Assembly (NCBI GenBank): GCA_963693365.1
Contig: CAVNZM010000006.1
Location: 9,675,355 to 9,739,354, forward strand
Direction of reading: 5' to 3'
Length of the DNA: 64,000 nt
DNA from: Amoebidium appalachense
Lineage: Eukaryota > Protista > Ichthyosporea
In this document: positions 32,435 to 46,384 of the stretch, one piece after another
How positions within the stretch are numbered: the stretch's first letter is position 1
Layout of the letters: each line of letters starts with the position of its first letter
Notes under the pieces: generated by a model
Told to the model about the DNA's origin: nothing
Seen by the model: the letters and a program-made list of their open reading frames with translations, nothing else
The model's database searches: none
Program-made: the position numbers and the translations under genes

Positions 32435-32816
32435 ATGTGCACATGCATTAACTTGTGTAAACGAGCAGGGTGAGGGAGGGGGGGGGAGGGGGTGGGGGGA
32501 GAAGGTGAGTGAGGCAGGAAGGGCCGGGGCAGCGGGGGTTGAGGGGGAGGGCCTCGGGTCGTTAGAAAATGTTATACCTATAGGTGGGGGAAGGGGGGAG
32601 GAGGAGGATGTGAGTGAGTCAGGAGGGCCCACGAGGAAGGGGGGGGGGGGGAGGGGGGGTTCGGGTCGGTGTCTCGGAAAATGTTATGGACCATATAATA
32701 CACATGTGCAGCAGCGGACAACACAAAGGAGACCTTTCAAAGAACACACAATGAGTATGCATTCGGCAGAAGAAGAGCAACAGCACTAACTTACCAGGCC
32801 TTGCGTAAGGGGTGGG

Positions 32817-32884
<68 letters not shown>

Positions 32885-32979
32885 GTGTGTGTGCGCGTGC
32901 GTGTGTGTGTGCTTGCGTGCGCATGTGAGTGGATGGGTGGGTGGGTGGGTGAGGGTGCAATGTGCGTGTGACTGTGTGC

Positions 32980-33043
<64 letters not shown>

Positions 33044-33271
33044 CGGTGTGTGTATGTGGGGGGGGAGGGGAGCGCGGGGGAGTTGGGGGGAGGAGGAGGG
33101 GGGGGGGGGGGGGGGGTGAAGCGGCGGGGGAGGGGGGGGGGGGGGGGGGGGAGATATGCATGAGTGGCCAAAACGAAAAAAATTCCTCCAAAAGAAAAAA
33201 AAGAAAGTAACGAATAGACATGCAATTTTCGTGAATGGAAAAGAGACTCTGGCCATGACCCCGCGCATGGG

Positions 33272-33308
<37 letters not shown>

Positions 33309-33807
33309 CCACCACCCCACTCACCCAGGTGGGTCCCTCCCCCCTGGAGGGGGGAGGGGAGGGGGGGGGGTGACCCACCCATCCCTGCAGCTACCATGGG
33401 GAAGAGGGGGGGGGGGGGGGGGGGGGGAACCCAAGCTAAAGTATGATGAGTGTGCACGCGTGTGAGCAAGCCACACTTCATCTACTGACCCCATCATCCA
33501 CATGCATAGGGATCACGTACTTACCATGTATGGTAAGAGTGCGTGTATAACCCATAGGAATTACTCTAATGTAGTGGCCAATTAGATTCATCCCAGCCCC
33601 ACCGGGAATCATCGTGGGAACTCCTCCCTGTGGGAGGACACACGACTGACAGGCTCAGTTGTACGTAGTGTACGTTGTACGTTGTACGTTGTGTTAATAG
33701 AAGTCTGTGCCAACCATGCTACCAATCACACCACTGCACCTCTGCAAGGACTCTACTTCTCAGTTACCCACCCATCCCCTATGAATCATCCCCCCCCCCC
33801 CCCCGGG

Positions 33808-33846
<39 letters not shown>

Positions 33847-35956
33847 AGGGGGGGGGAGGGCGGTACCACCAGGACGGACGTCGACCACTCCCCCCCATCC
33901 CATTTCAAATTCAAAAATCCCTATTAGTGTACACAGGCTGAAAGTGCGGTGCCGGAAACTTTGCAACCCATCATCATCCATGAATGCATGAGGACCTGGT
34001 GCACGCACACCCACACTAACTGTTTAGGCCGCTCACGTGGCAGCATGCATTCATGCACGTGCCTGCGTGACGGTACACTAACATGGATGCACTGAAGGTG
34101 CATGTCAATGATCTCGGCGAATGGATATTATGCGTGGATTTTAGCCTCACAATGACAAAGTTTTCAAATGGCATGCACACTGTCAGTGTGGTTGTAACTT
34201 GAAGCTGGCTGCAGCAATTGATCCAGCCACACAGATTCACGTTCTAACATTCCATGCAATAAAAAACCGCGTACCAAACACGTTTTCCTGCAGCAGCGCC
34301 GCCCGGGACCTCGAAGTGCGCAATACTGTTGCACACACTCACATCACTAGCAAGTGGTAAAATATAATTGCCCCGCCAGCTAGACATTATACTAAAGACA
34401 GATTACAGTACAATACAAACCCCATGGGCACCTTGGGCCATGGGAAAGAAAACGCTCGCTGTGCTTCTCAAGATTTTATCGCATGCTAAGCATGACCGCA
34501 TGATCATCATGCTCTGACGTCACAAGGGCATATATAGCCGTGACTTCATGAAAACGTGTGTGGCCGGTTTGTGCATGGCCACGTGAATGAGCGGCAACAT
34601 GCGAACTCAGTTTTTGCTACTTGACCATCAATTGAGTAATGGGCTGGCGAAGATGAGTGTGGCGCCGAACAGATGTGCTTTCTTTCTTTCTATGATGCAC
34701 CTCATCACAAACGTTGGACGGACAGTGTAATATGTGACCGTGTTTGGCAGCATTTCATTTAGTCGTTTTGGGCCAAAGTAGTGACACTAAAACGAAGTCT
34801 ACTCACTCATATTACGGACCAATATTCAAAGCTTCAATATATACGTAGTAGGAAACACTCACTACCTGCGCACAGCTTTCAAAAGTTACAAACATTCTAA
34901 ACCTCCTTACCTCTCGAGGACCATCGTTGTTCCCTGGGCCTACTCCGTGCAGGCAAGTTTAAAATATAAGTTTGCCTGTTTTGACTGAACGGAAATCAAA
35001 GCCAACAACTTTTCATCAGCAAAAAAGCTGCTAGAGGTGTACTGTAATGTTGTGACGGTCGACCTTGCGGTATACTGAAAATTGATATTTGTTGTTGACA
35101 GCGTCCCCGTCGAGCCACATGCTACTTGCAGACAATGATTTAAAATTCACAGGCCGAGGTCCTTTGAGTTTTTCGACGAACCTTCTCGTTTAACGTCTTC
35201 TGTGCACACACTACCGTTTTAAGCCTGTGACGAAAACACGTTCTAACAATCCAGTTACGTTCTTGCCCCCACCTACAACGCACACAGAACCTTCAACGAT
35301 ATTCATGCAAACCGTGCATGCATCAACACAATGCTCCCCTCAGACAGTGACATGGCATGTGTATTTCAGCCCACTGAGGGCATTCGTGGGAATGGGAGCC
35401 TCACCATGATCCCGTGCACGAGCTCTTGTTGGTTGCTGGGGTGGGGATTTTTCTGGCGCATTTATCAAACGTCGTCGTTATGTTTTATCTGGAGGGATTT
35501 TGCGGGATGAATGCGCGTAAAGCGTTTACAATGTTAAGTTTTTTGACGTCCATCCTGGGTGCTATGGCCGTGGTGGGCGACCCATATGCAAGAGCATCCG
35601 AGTGCCAAGACAACTACAACGTCTACATCCCCCGTGAGTTCACGTGACATTACCAAATCTCTTTCACAAAGAGGCCTTTCAATGTGCTGCTGTTGCCAAT
35701 CTGTATAGTTTCAGAAGCGAGAAGCTTACTGTGCTTTGTATATACAGCCCCAAATGTTCTCGTGCATGTGGAGCTGGTAGACCGTGTTATGTACGCACAT
35801 GCTCTGTTTCTGTGTTTTTGGTTGGTACGACTTTTTGGGTATCAAATTGAAATGTGCGAAAGTTAGCTTATGTGTTCGTCTTTTTTGCTCCCCCATTTTT
35901 GTCACCGTGCTGAATTGATTGATTCCTGTTGGTTTCGAATGAGATGTATCACCAAC

Positions 35957-36013
<57 letters not shown>

Positions 36014-36015
36014 CC

Positions 36016-36656
36016 TGTAGACATGGTTGTGTACATTCACGTGCACACCGTGCTGTTCCCCCACAATCAGTCTACGTGCCTTTGTGTCTTCTCGCCAGAG
36101 GCTGGAATAGAGCCTCGGAAGCAGCTACCAATCGGCTGCATCACTTTTAGCTGTATTCCTTATTAGGGCAGTTGCTCTGCACCTTAAGTATGCAGTTAGG
36201 AGCGATGCAAAGAATGTGAACACTTTGCCAGCATGTATCTTAGGTGTACGGCACACACTGTGTGCCGTAGACACTTTATTGGGCACTAGACATACACATG
36301 TAGCATTGTAGTATAACAGTGAAGCTACAATATGATCACCCAGGAGAAGCTCATGCACTCATGTATATGTCATGTACTTTATTTTAAGTAGGGCCACATG
36401 CCTATTGGCTGTCGCCTTACAAAAGTATGCGAGCAGTGCTCTCCGGACCGGCGGAAACCAAGGGACTATAAAAGGCTGGTACATTCCAGACTTGGGTCAC
36501 TTGGGCGGGGCTGTGTGTCCGAGTAAACGTTACACTAGTCGTGCGGTGTCAGACTAGCTGTAGCACCCGCTTTCTTGTCTCTATACTTACGTGCTTCTCC
36601 TAGCCTGCATATGTTAATTAGGGCATAGTATTAGTGTATACACACCCTGGTTTTTA
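36016..36656 (+). repeat. Gypsy 5' LTR (641 bp)
   Basis: Matches 51742-52381 with about 14 substitutions and 1 indel counted by eye. Contains TATAAAA. Confidence 0.95.
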
Positions 36657-38305
36657 CTGGCGACCGCAGGCAGTCGAAGGTCTAGAGCGTTTGCATTAGC
36701 GTTTTTAGACTTTCGGGTGATCACAATCAAGCGTTTTTGCACATTCTTTACGGTAAACAGTCCGGAAATTTCTCCTAGTTACAACTTTGTGATTGGTTGC
36801 GATTCGCGCTGTTTTCCTGTGATTGGATACCTAAAATTTGTTGGCCACATTTGGATGTTTGCGCCATCAACTTGGTATCGGGCGTGCTACTGCGAAGTTC
36901 CGACTTTCACCGTGAACGTGGGTGGCTGCCAGCGTGGGCTGGAGCTGCTTGCACTGTGCTTTGCAAGTGCAACCGGTGGTACTGTGTGACAGTGACCACT
37001 GGGAGGGTAGGCTGCTGTGTTGGGGCCGTGGGCACGACCAGTAGGGAACCCTTTTGACAAGTTGGTGTGAGCCACTGTGGTGGCAAGAACGTGCAGCTGA
37101 GATGGCTGGCACTGGGGCTGAGAGAGGCGGGCGCCGTTCCCGCAGTCGCAGCCGTGAGCCTGGCCGGCGTTCGGCCACGTCTGAGGGCGGTCGGGAGAGT
37201 TCCCCTTATGATTCTGGTGAGTGTGCTGATGATTCCCGTGTGTGTATGGCTCCACCCATGTCTGGGCTGGGTGACGATACAGAGACACGTGGCATGCACA
37301 CACCTGGCCGTCGTGTTATGCCTGCTACTCAGTTGCGTGGGCGCAGGACTCTTCGGGGCACTAGGCCTATAAATGTTGCTGCTTTCCATGTTGAGCCTGA
37401 GTCTGATGATTCTGAGTGGGAGCAGAATGAGTCTAGCGAGAGCTCGGGGTCTGAGAGTGACGAGGGTAGTGACTCAGATTACGAACCCCAGTCACCTGTG
37501 CGCTCTCCTGGTGTGTGTGATCGTGTGGGGGATGGGGATGACGTTAGTGAGGGTGATGGTTCTGAGTCTGAGCCTGACCTGACTGTACCCCCACCTGCAC
37601 GTGACCCTAGCACACAGGAACGTTCTTTACTTGATCATGCCGCTGAGGTTATGGGGGTAGATGCTAGCAGCACGGAAGAAGTGTTGCGCCGGCAGACTGA
37701 AGCATTGCGTGCATTCGAAGCCCTGGGAGAAGCTGGGTGGGTTCCTGCTAAAAAGAGGGGTGCACGTGGTGTTGGCAGTCAGGCTGGTGGGAATAAACAG
37801 GCAGTTGGCAATCAGGGTGAGACCCAGGAGGGTGATGTTTACTTACGGAATAACTATTATGGGGTTTTGGCAGATGACCAGCGGGGATACAACTACAACC
37901 CGCCCACCCCTGGCCGTGAGTACCGTTCACCATCACCTGACCGCGATGCCGACCGTTCCCGCTCCCCTCCCTCGCGGCGCCGTTCTCCTTCTCGTCGTAG
38001 CCGGTCCCCTGAGCGTGTGCGTGAGCGCGAGCGCGGTGGTGAGCGCAGCAAGGAGCGTGGGTGTGTGCACGAGCGCACTCGCTCGCGCAGCCGCTCTCCC
38101 CAGCGCAACCGCACTCCAGAACGGGAGTCTTCTCGCGCACGCACCCGTGACCATTCACCACGGGGTCGGGACTGTACAACACCATCTAACTGTGGGTGTA
38201 ACCACCGGGGTTGTGGGCCGGTGCAGCTGTGGCCTTTTGGTTTCCCGGCCATGCCTGCAGGGGGGCCCAACACTAACATGAGTGGGCCCATGATGACCCC
38301 CTTCC

Positions 38306-41300
38306 TGTTATAATACGTAGTATTTACATATTGTAAGATCTTCTCAGTTCGTGTTATGTTTTCATTCATTTACTTAATGAAAAAGATGTGCTCCTTGTAC
38401 GTAAATTATGACATCGATCTCCAGTGTATTTGAGTACTTGTAATCGTGTTGTGTCGGCTATATTCGTGTGTTTAGATATCGATTACAGCAACTGATTATA
38501 GGTACACGAGTCTACCCAGTGAGGGAGACACGTGTACATGTTATGTGTACATGAATATCTTCGGTTATAACTGTGTTTTGCTGTTCGTGTTTTCTGTCCT
38601 GCTTTCTTTTCTTTTTCCTCTTTCTTCGTCTTTTCTTTTCTCTTTCTTTCTTCTCTTGTTTCCTTTCATTTAATTATATTTCTCTCTCACTAATATACGT
38701 TGAGTAGATTTATATTACTCGTTATGTTTTGATTGGTAGAAAAACACTTAGGTTACACTTTAGCTTGTCAGGTATGATTCATAGCTTAGTCAACCACTTT
38801 TGTTTTGTGTGTTGCCGTACTATATCCAATCAGTGGACTTAGTCAGAAAATGTCTGAGTCTTTGTAGCCGATGATAGGTTAGAAACACCACCTCTTTCCT
38901 CGTTACTCTTCACCTCTTTTCTTTCTTATAGCTGTGACCTATGGTGTGTGTTCCCGCGTCTCCGGATCTATCCGGGAAATAATCAGTTAATTATGATTGG
39001 TTATTTTAGACATAGATCTGATTTCCGACTGGTCGGAAATCATGTATGGATTTAACTTAAGGGAATTTCAGGTATTTATTAGCGATCAAAATAAATTGAG
39101 TTCAGTCGTGTCTAAACATTGATGTCTGTTGTGTACACTGCTCCGATCGTTCCGTGTTTTGTTGTTGTGTATGTCTGTGGTGTTTTCACACTGCACCACT
39201 GTGTCTCTGCTTACATCCTAAATACTTATAGAATTTAACAGGTTATGCAGCCCTTTTGCACGCTCCCTACACACATCTAGAACTCGCGCTCGTTTTTCAA
39301 TCATGGATCCAAACAAAACTGGCGTAAACAAAATCACCATGTGGAAAGGTGAAGGGAAGACTGGTCCCGATAGCAAAACTACCTATTTTCAATGGGAAAT
39401 CATTTTTCTCGGCATGATGACCGGCACTAAAGGTGTCCGACTCGTGGATGTTGTCCTTGCTGACAACTACGTCCCCCCTACCACCGTCGCGGTTGACGGT
39501 GAACCCCCCTTCTATGGCTACGGCACTACCGCGGAACTCAAAGAGGCCCGCAATTGCCTCCTGCTCCATATGATACAGAACATCGACCCTTCCGTCCTCA
39601 CCACCGTTGCCCAGTACCGTATTGGCATGGACCCTGAACGGGCCATGTGGAAATTCCGTCAACACTATCTCCAAGGCAAACCCGATCAGATCCGCATCCT
39701 TCACCGTCAGTGGGATGCCTGTGCCCTTCAGCCCGGTGAATCATTCACCACCTACCTGAGCCGTCTGCAGACCATCGTGAACCAGCTCCAGTCTCTCCAA
39801 GATGAGTCCATTCACTTCACTCGTCTAGCTGAGAAGTTCTTCAATGAACTCACCACCAGAGACGACCTCACCCCTGAGTTCAATCGTCTTATCGAAGACT
39901 ATCACTTCGGTGATAAGCTATTCCCCGACTTCGAGTCCCTCCATAACCACGTCAAGGGCATCGAGTTACGTCAAGACCTCAAGATGCAACTCCGGAACAA
40001 CCGTGCCCACCGTGCCTCCAAGTCCAGCATGGCATTAAATGCCAGTGCTCCCCCCCGTGATCTTCCTCGCCGTGACTTACGCACCCGACTTGACCGTACC
40101 TCTGGCACGGACCTCCGAACTCGTCTCTCCCGTCAGCACACCCGATCCCGTTCCCCCCACCGGCCTGTCTTCCGGTCCACGTCTCGTTCCCCCAGTCGTT
40201 CCCGTTTCTCGGGTTCCCGTCGTTCTGATTCCCCGGCTCGTTCTAACACCCCGTCCGTGAAAGAATGCTCCTACTGCCACGAGCCTGATCACACGATCAT
40301 CGATTGCCCTGAGCCGAAATGCCGTATGTCCAGACACAACCGTTCCCGTCAAGGCAGTGAGAAATCTGTCTCCTTTGCTTTCTCGGCATACAATGCTAGC
40401 TCCGTCCCCGTGTCCTCCGACCCTGCCTGGGATTCCGGGTGCAACATGACTGTTTGCCCCACCCGTGAGTTCTTCCATGACCTCACTCCCCTTCCGACAC
40501 CGACTCCCGTTGCTGCCTTCAATGGCACCCCCGTCTTGGCCACTCACACCGGCCATATCGTCATCAACACCACCACCGACCATGGCACTACCACCCTAAC
40601 CATTGAAGCCTACTACACCCCGTCTGGCCAAGCCTTCCTCATTTCAACATCCCAAGCTGCTGCCGAATACATCAAGGGTGATTTGAACGATGCCTCCACT
40701 CCGTCATTCCTCTTCGACCGACTCACCGGCCGTCATCTCGTCAACCTCCGTCTACACAACGGTCTGTATTACTTCAAGGACTACACCATTCAACCACCCA
40801 CTCGTCCTGTGGCTCTGGCTGCCACTACCAGTGTTAACCCATCCATCTGGCACCATCGTCTGGGGCACCGAGCTATGACCAGCATCAAGGACATGGTGAA
40901 ACACGACCTTGTTATTGGTCTCCCCTCCTCTGTCCTCGACTGTGATGTTCCTGATTGTCATGGCTGCATTATGGGTAAGACCACCAAGGCTCCGTTCAGG
41001 GGTGACCGTCCTCACTCCAACATCCCCGGTCATGAATGGCATTGGGATTTTTTTGAGCCTACCACAACATCGTACGGAGGTTCCAAGGTTGCTCTCGTCA
41101 CTGTCTGCCGTGCCTCTGGCCTCGTCAAGATCTACCCGATGGCCGACCGTACCACCACCCTGGATATTCTCACAGCTCACACCAACCTCGTTGCCAACCA
41201 TGCCCCCTCCAAAGTTGGTGTTTACCACTTCGACTCCGGCTCTGAGTTCACCTCCAAGGATACCCGTGCTTTTTGCCTCTCCCAGGGCATCAAGGCCAGC

Positions 41301-44300
41301 TATGCTCCGGTGGACTGCCCTCAACTGAACGGCTATGTTGAACGACGTATGCGGTTCCTCCAAGAGATTGTCCGTTGCCTCCTCCATCAAGTCCAAGATC
41401 ATTCTCTGTCTCCCAAACTGTGGGCTGAGGCCCTCCAACATGCCGCCTACATCATCAACGTCACCCCGTCCACGACTGCCAATGGTCGTACACCATTCGA
41501 GGTTTTCTACGGTGTCAAGCCCGACATCTCCGAGCTCAAAGTGTTCGGTTGCCCTGCCTACACTCACGTGCCAGCCTCTAAACGGAACAAGCTGGCCCCC
41601 ACCGTCAAACTCGGCATGTATATCGGCTATGATCTTCAATCACACTGCCACCGGATCTTCAATGCCACCACCCATCGTGTCGGCCTCTTCCGTGATGTGA
41701 TTTTCGACGAATCAGCTTATCTCCCGTCCGACATTCCATCAACCCTTCCGACCCCCGACACCACTGCTACCTCGACCACCCCACCCCCCACAGTTGACAC
41801 TGAAGATGATGTTTGTCTAGTGTACTCTGGCCCCCCTCCTGCCATCGTCGTTCCCCCCGACACCCCCCCCCACCGGCCCCCCTGCCCCCGTGCCCGTCCA
41901 GCCTGCCGACCCTCATCCTGCCCCTGGCAACGTCACACCCATCCGACCCGGCTCCCCCGACAACTTCCACTCGGCCCCGTCCAGCCCGGAGGTTGCCCCC
42001 CCTGCACTTCCGAACTTCCAAGTTCCCCCCCCACCGTCTCCACCTACCCCGGTTCCTGCACCCCGTCGTTCTGCCCGTCTCCAGGGCAAGGTTGGACTTC
42101 AAGCCACCACCACCCTGCCAGTCCCCCCCGGTCCCCCCATCAACATCGACCAACTACCCAAACTTGTCCGTCAACTCTGTTCCGGACCCAATGGTGATCA
42201 GGTCAAGTCAGCCCTGACTGCTGAGTATCAAGCCTTCATCGACAAAGACATCTTTGAACTTGTTGACCCTCCCCCTGGTGCTAACATCGTCGGCTTCAAG
42301 TGGATTGTCTCCGAGAAAACTCTCAACTCGGCTGGTGACACCAAGATCAAGGCACGTGGTGTTGCTCAAGGCTTCAGTCAGCAATACGGTGTTGACTATG
42401 AGTTGATTGAGAGCCCTGTCATCCGTCCGGCTGCTCTCCGTGCCATCCTAGCTCTGGCCGTTGTTGAAGGTCATGACATACATCAACTCGACGTGTCTAC
42501 GGCCTTTCTCAACAGCCCACTCACCGAGACCATCTACATGAAACAACCCCCGGGATTCATCACCATGGCCACACTTGGCAAGGTCTGGAGACTCAAGAAA
42601 GCCCTGTACGGCCTCAAGCAAGCCTCCAAGGCTTGGTACGACTTCCTCGACGGCATTCTTCTTGCCCATGGCCTGACCCGTACTAAGACCGACCCGTGCA
42701 TCTACCTCCGGTTCTTCCCCAACAACGATGTGGTACGGGCTGGTAACTACGTCGATGACTCCACCATCACCAACACCCGGGGTTCTACTGCTGCCAGTGA
42801 CCTGGCTGCCCACATCAGCAAGATGGCCAGCTGTCGTATGAGTCCATTTGACCGTATGCTCGGTGTTGATTTTAATCACTCTGATCCCCATCACCTCCAC
42901 ATGCACCAGAGGTCTTACATCATGGATATCATCCACGACTTTAACCTCACCGATGCCAAGTCCAAGTCTACCCCCATCCCTGCAGGCACCACCGTCTCCC
43001 TGGCTGATTGCCCCCCCCAACCGTTCACCGTGCCCTACCGTGAGTTACTCGGCCGTCTCCTCTGGGTGGCACGGTGCACACGTCCCGACATTGCCTATGC
43101 CATCGGCTTCCTTGGTCGGTTCAGCACCAACCCCGGCAAGACTCACTGGGACCTTCTCCGTCGTGTGGCCCGGTACCTGCTCGGCACCATTGACCTTGGC
43201 ATTGACTACAAGTACTCGGCCACCCAGTCCCCCATACTCGAATGCTACACGGATGCTGACTTTGCTGGTTGTGCCGACAGCAAGAAGTCTACCACCGGCT
43301 ACATTATCGTGTTTGCTGGTATGCCCGTCATCTGGTACTCCAAGCTCCAGCCCATCACGGCCACCAGCACCACTGAAGCTGAGCTGATTGCTCTCAATGC
43401 TGGCACCCAAGAAGTTGCTTGGGTCCGTGACCTCTTCAAGGAACTCGGCTGTCCCATGCTTGCTCCGACTCCGGTGTACTGTGACAACCAGTCGACCATC
43501 GCCATCGTCAACTCCACCGGCATCAAGCACCGTACCAAACACATTGCCGTCCGGTATCACAACACCAAGGACTACATTGCCAGTGGGGACGTGGTTGTCC
43601 ACTACGTTGAGTCAGCCCACAACTTAGCTGACATACTCACCAAACCCCTCCCCGGCCCGAGTCATGTCCACCATCGTGCTCGACTTTGTTTACCGGATAT
43701 TGTGGATTGACCTGACCTACTTCAAGAGTGATTTTCTCATGTGTACTACTTACTTTATCAACATCATTATATCATATGTATTGCCTTTGTGGGTATGCCC
43801 ACTTAGGGTTTATATATAAGGTTTGACCTGTACCATCACTCTACTCTATCTTTCACTGGTTTAAAACCCAGTTAATCAAACACCGCCTATACACGTTATA
43901 TATATTCGTTGTTTTTGCCCCGGTTCCTTCCCCCCCTCCCCCCCCCCCCCCCTTCCCCCCCCCCCCCCTTCCCCCCCCCCCTTCCCCCCCCCCCCCCCCC
44001 CCCCCTCCCCCCCCCTTCTCCCCCCCCCCCCCCCCCCCCCCGGGAAAAGTACACACTTTAATTTTTTTTTTTTTTCCGTTTCTGTTCTCAAGTGGGGAGA
44101 TTTCACTAGTTCAGTGGGGATATGATAACACAAACTTCAAAGTCTTAAGTGGGGATGTTATAATACGTAGTATTTACATATTGTAAGATCTTCTCAGTTC
44201 GTGTTATGTTTTCATTCATTTACTTAATGAAAAAGATGTGCTCCTTGTACGTAAATTATGACATCGATCTCCAGTGTATTTGAGTACTTGTAATCGTGTT

Positions 44301-45090
44301 GTGTCGGCTATATTCGTGTGTTTAGATATCGATTACAGCAACTGATTATAGGTACACGAGTCTACCCAGTGAGGGAGACACGTGTACATGTTATGTGTAC
44401 ATGAATATCTTCGGTTATAACTGTGTTTTGCTGTTCGTGTTTTCTGTCCTGCTTTCTTTTCTTTTTCCTCTTTCTTCGTCTTTTCTTTTCTCTTTCTTTC
44501 TTCTCTTGTTTCCTTTCATTTAATTATATTTCTCTCTCACTAATATACGTTGAGTAGATTTATATTACTCGTTATGTTTTGATTGGTAGAAAAACACTTA
44601 GGTTACACTTTAGCTTGTCAGGTATGATTCATAGCTTAGTCAACCACTTTTGTTTTGTGTGTTGCCGTACTATATCCAATCAGTGGACTTAGTCAGAAAA
44701 TGTCTGAGTCTTTGTAGCCGATGATAGGTTAGAAACACCACCTCTTTCCTCGTTACTCTTCACCTCTTTTCTTTCTTATAGCTGTGACCTATGGTGTGTG
44801 TTCCCGCGTCTCCGGATCTATCCGGGAAATAATCAGTTAATAATGATTGGTTATTTTAGACATAGATCTGATTTCCGACTGGTCGGAAATCATGTATGGA
44901 TTTAACTTAAGGGAATTTCAGGTATTTATTAGCGATCAAAATAAATTGAGTTCAGTCGTGTCTAAACATTGATGTCTGTTGTGTACACTGCTCCGATCGT
45001 TCCGTGTTTTGTTGTTGTGTATGTCTGTGGTGTTTTCACACTGCACCACTGTGTCTCTGCTTACATCCTAAATACTTATAGAATTTAACA
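38306..45090 (+). mobile_element. Ty1/Copia LTR retrotransposon, young, nested in Gypsy gag
   Basis: 935-bp LTRs at 38306-39240 and 44156-45090 (TG...CA; one mismatch seen, 38992 vs 44842). Perfect 5-bp TSD CTTCC at 38301-38305 and 45091-45095. PBS GGTTATGCAGCCC, PPT AAGTGGGGA. Domain order gag-PR-IN-RT-RH. Confidence 0.97.
39303..43710 (+). CDS. Copia Gag-Pol polyprotein (one apparent frameshift in C-runs at ~41850-41890)
   Basis: Zinc knuckle CSYCHEPDHTIIDC; protease WDSGC; WHHRLGH..CHGC; integrase D/D/E (WHWD, FDSGSEF, NGYVER); RT HQLDVSTAFLN, YGLKQA, YVDD; RNase H YTDADFAG, STTEAE, CDNQS, ADILTK. Confidence 0.93.
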
Positions 45091-46384
45091 CTTCCCCATG
45101 TTAATGTTTGGTTATCCGCAGCCCAATGTTGGGGCAGCAGGTAGCAGCACTCAGCCCACAGATAACAAGGTGGAGAAGGAGAGAAAGACCCGTTCATCTC
45201 GCAAGCGTAAGTCTTCTGGCCAACGTGCACGTACGCCTGTGTCTGAGAGGACTGCAGCGAGGATGACGGGGCGAGCCAGAGCAGCTCGGAGAGTGAAGAT
45301 GGCAACCACCCGCCAAAGAAGGTGAAGTCTGCACGTGATTTGCTCCTTGCTTTGATGCCGGAGCATGATATGGCATGGCGTAAACCGTTGGTTGTGCATC
45401 CCTCTCGGCACTATGCGCCTCTGATCACTGCAGATAAGGTGCCCCAGTTTAAGGATGATATGAGTGATACGCGCACGGTGGTTGAGTGGCTCTCTGAGCT
45501 TGCAAGCTTGTTTTTCAGAGTGGCTGGTGTGCCTGTGCATGATGCTGTGCTTTTAGTTGTCTCGTGCTTTCCTCCTGCAAGCCCCGCACGCAATTGGTTT
45601 TCCAAATTTTGCCGCACACACCCTAATGCCACGTTCGAAGCTTTTGCGCAAGAAGTGGTTAAGGAGTTCCATGGTGAGCACGTTTTGGAAAAATGGCAGG
45701 GCAAGCTGGACGAGTTGAAGCAGGGAAACATGGAGGTTTCGGAATTCTATACACAGCATGCTAGCTTGTGGGCACGAGTGTATCCACATGGCACGGATGA
45801 AGCGTGTTTGATTGATTTTTCGCACAAGTTGAACGCTGCCGCATTTAGTGATTACCAAAAATGGGCTGTGAAGCAGAGGCGTGCGAAAAAGTGTCTAACA
45901 ATCCAGGATGCACTCGTTCACTTATCGGAAAAAGAGCGCGACCGCAAAAGCACACAGAAACACACAAAGGGTACAGCCGGTGTGTTTAATGTGCAGCAGT
46001 CGGCTATGGTGGCTGTGCAGGAGCAGGCAGCAGCATTGGGCTTAGATGTGCCGTCGTTTATTGCTCTGGTGGGGTCCGGTTTGACTAAAAATCCGTGGAA
46101 AACTTCCCCACAGAAGCCCAAATACGGTGCATCGGGCAGCAGTGTCGTTTGCTACGGCTGCGGGAAGCCGGGGCATCGCAAAGGTGATGCGGAATGCCCT
46201 GCTGCTAATCGCCGCTGCAACGTTTGCAAGAAAGTAGGCCACTATTACGATTCCCGGTTGTGCAAGGGAGAGCCCAAGGGTAACGGCAAGCATCAGCAGG
46301 GCCGTGACCCAGACAAGAAGAAGCATTCACACCGCAAATAGGAACTCGCGGGGGTAGAAGGCGCGGTGCCGGGGGGTAGTTGAT

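Larger units (their letters stand above)
37054..46341 (+). pseudogene. gag: Gypsy gag (acidic and RS-rich N-terminus, capsid-like region, two zinc knuckles), split by the Copia insertion
   Basis: ORF 37054-38305 rejoins in frame at 45096 (...MMTPFPMLMFGYP...) once the Copia and one TSD copy are removed. Frameshift near 45245 leads into 45322-46341 with CYGCGKPGHRKGDAEC and CNVCKKVGHYYDSRLC. Confidence 0.8.

Noticed and set aside
41850-41895. Possible programmed frameshift between Copia integrase and RT
   Set aside because: It falls in C homopolymers in an assembly with apparent homopolymer errors, and Copia pol is normally one frame. An error or mutation is more likely.
40752-43602. Long antisense ORFs within the Copia element
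   Set aside because: Shadow frames of the C-ending codon bias of gag-pol, with no recognisable motifs.
43915-44085. Poly(C)/poly(T) block in the Copia 3' UTR as a special element
   Set aside because: It looks like low-quality or expanded homopolymer sequence and cannot be interpreted without reads.
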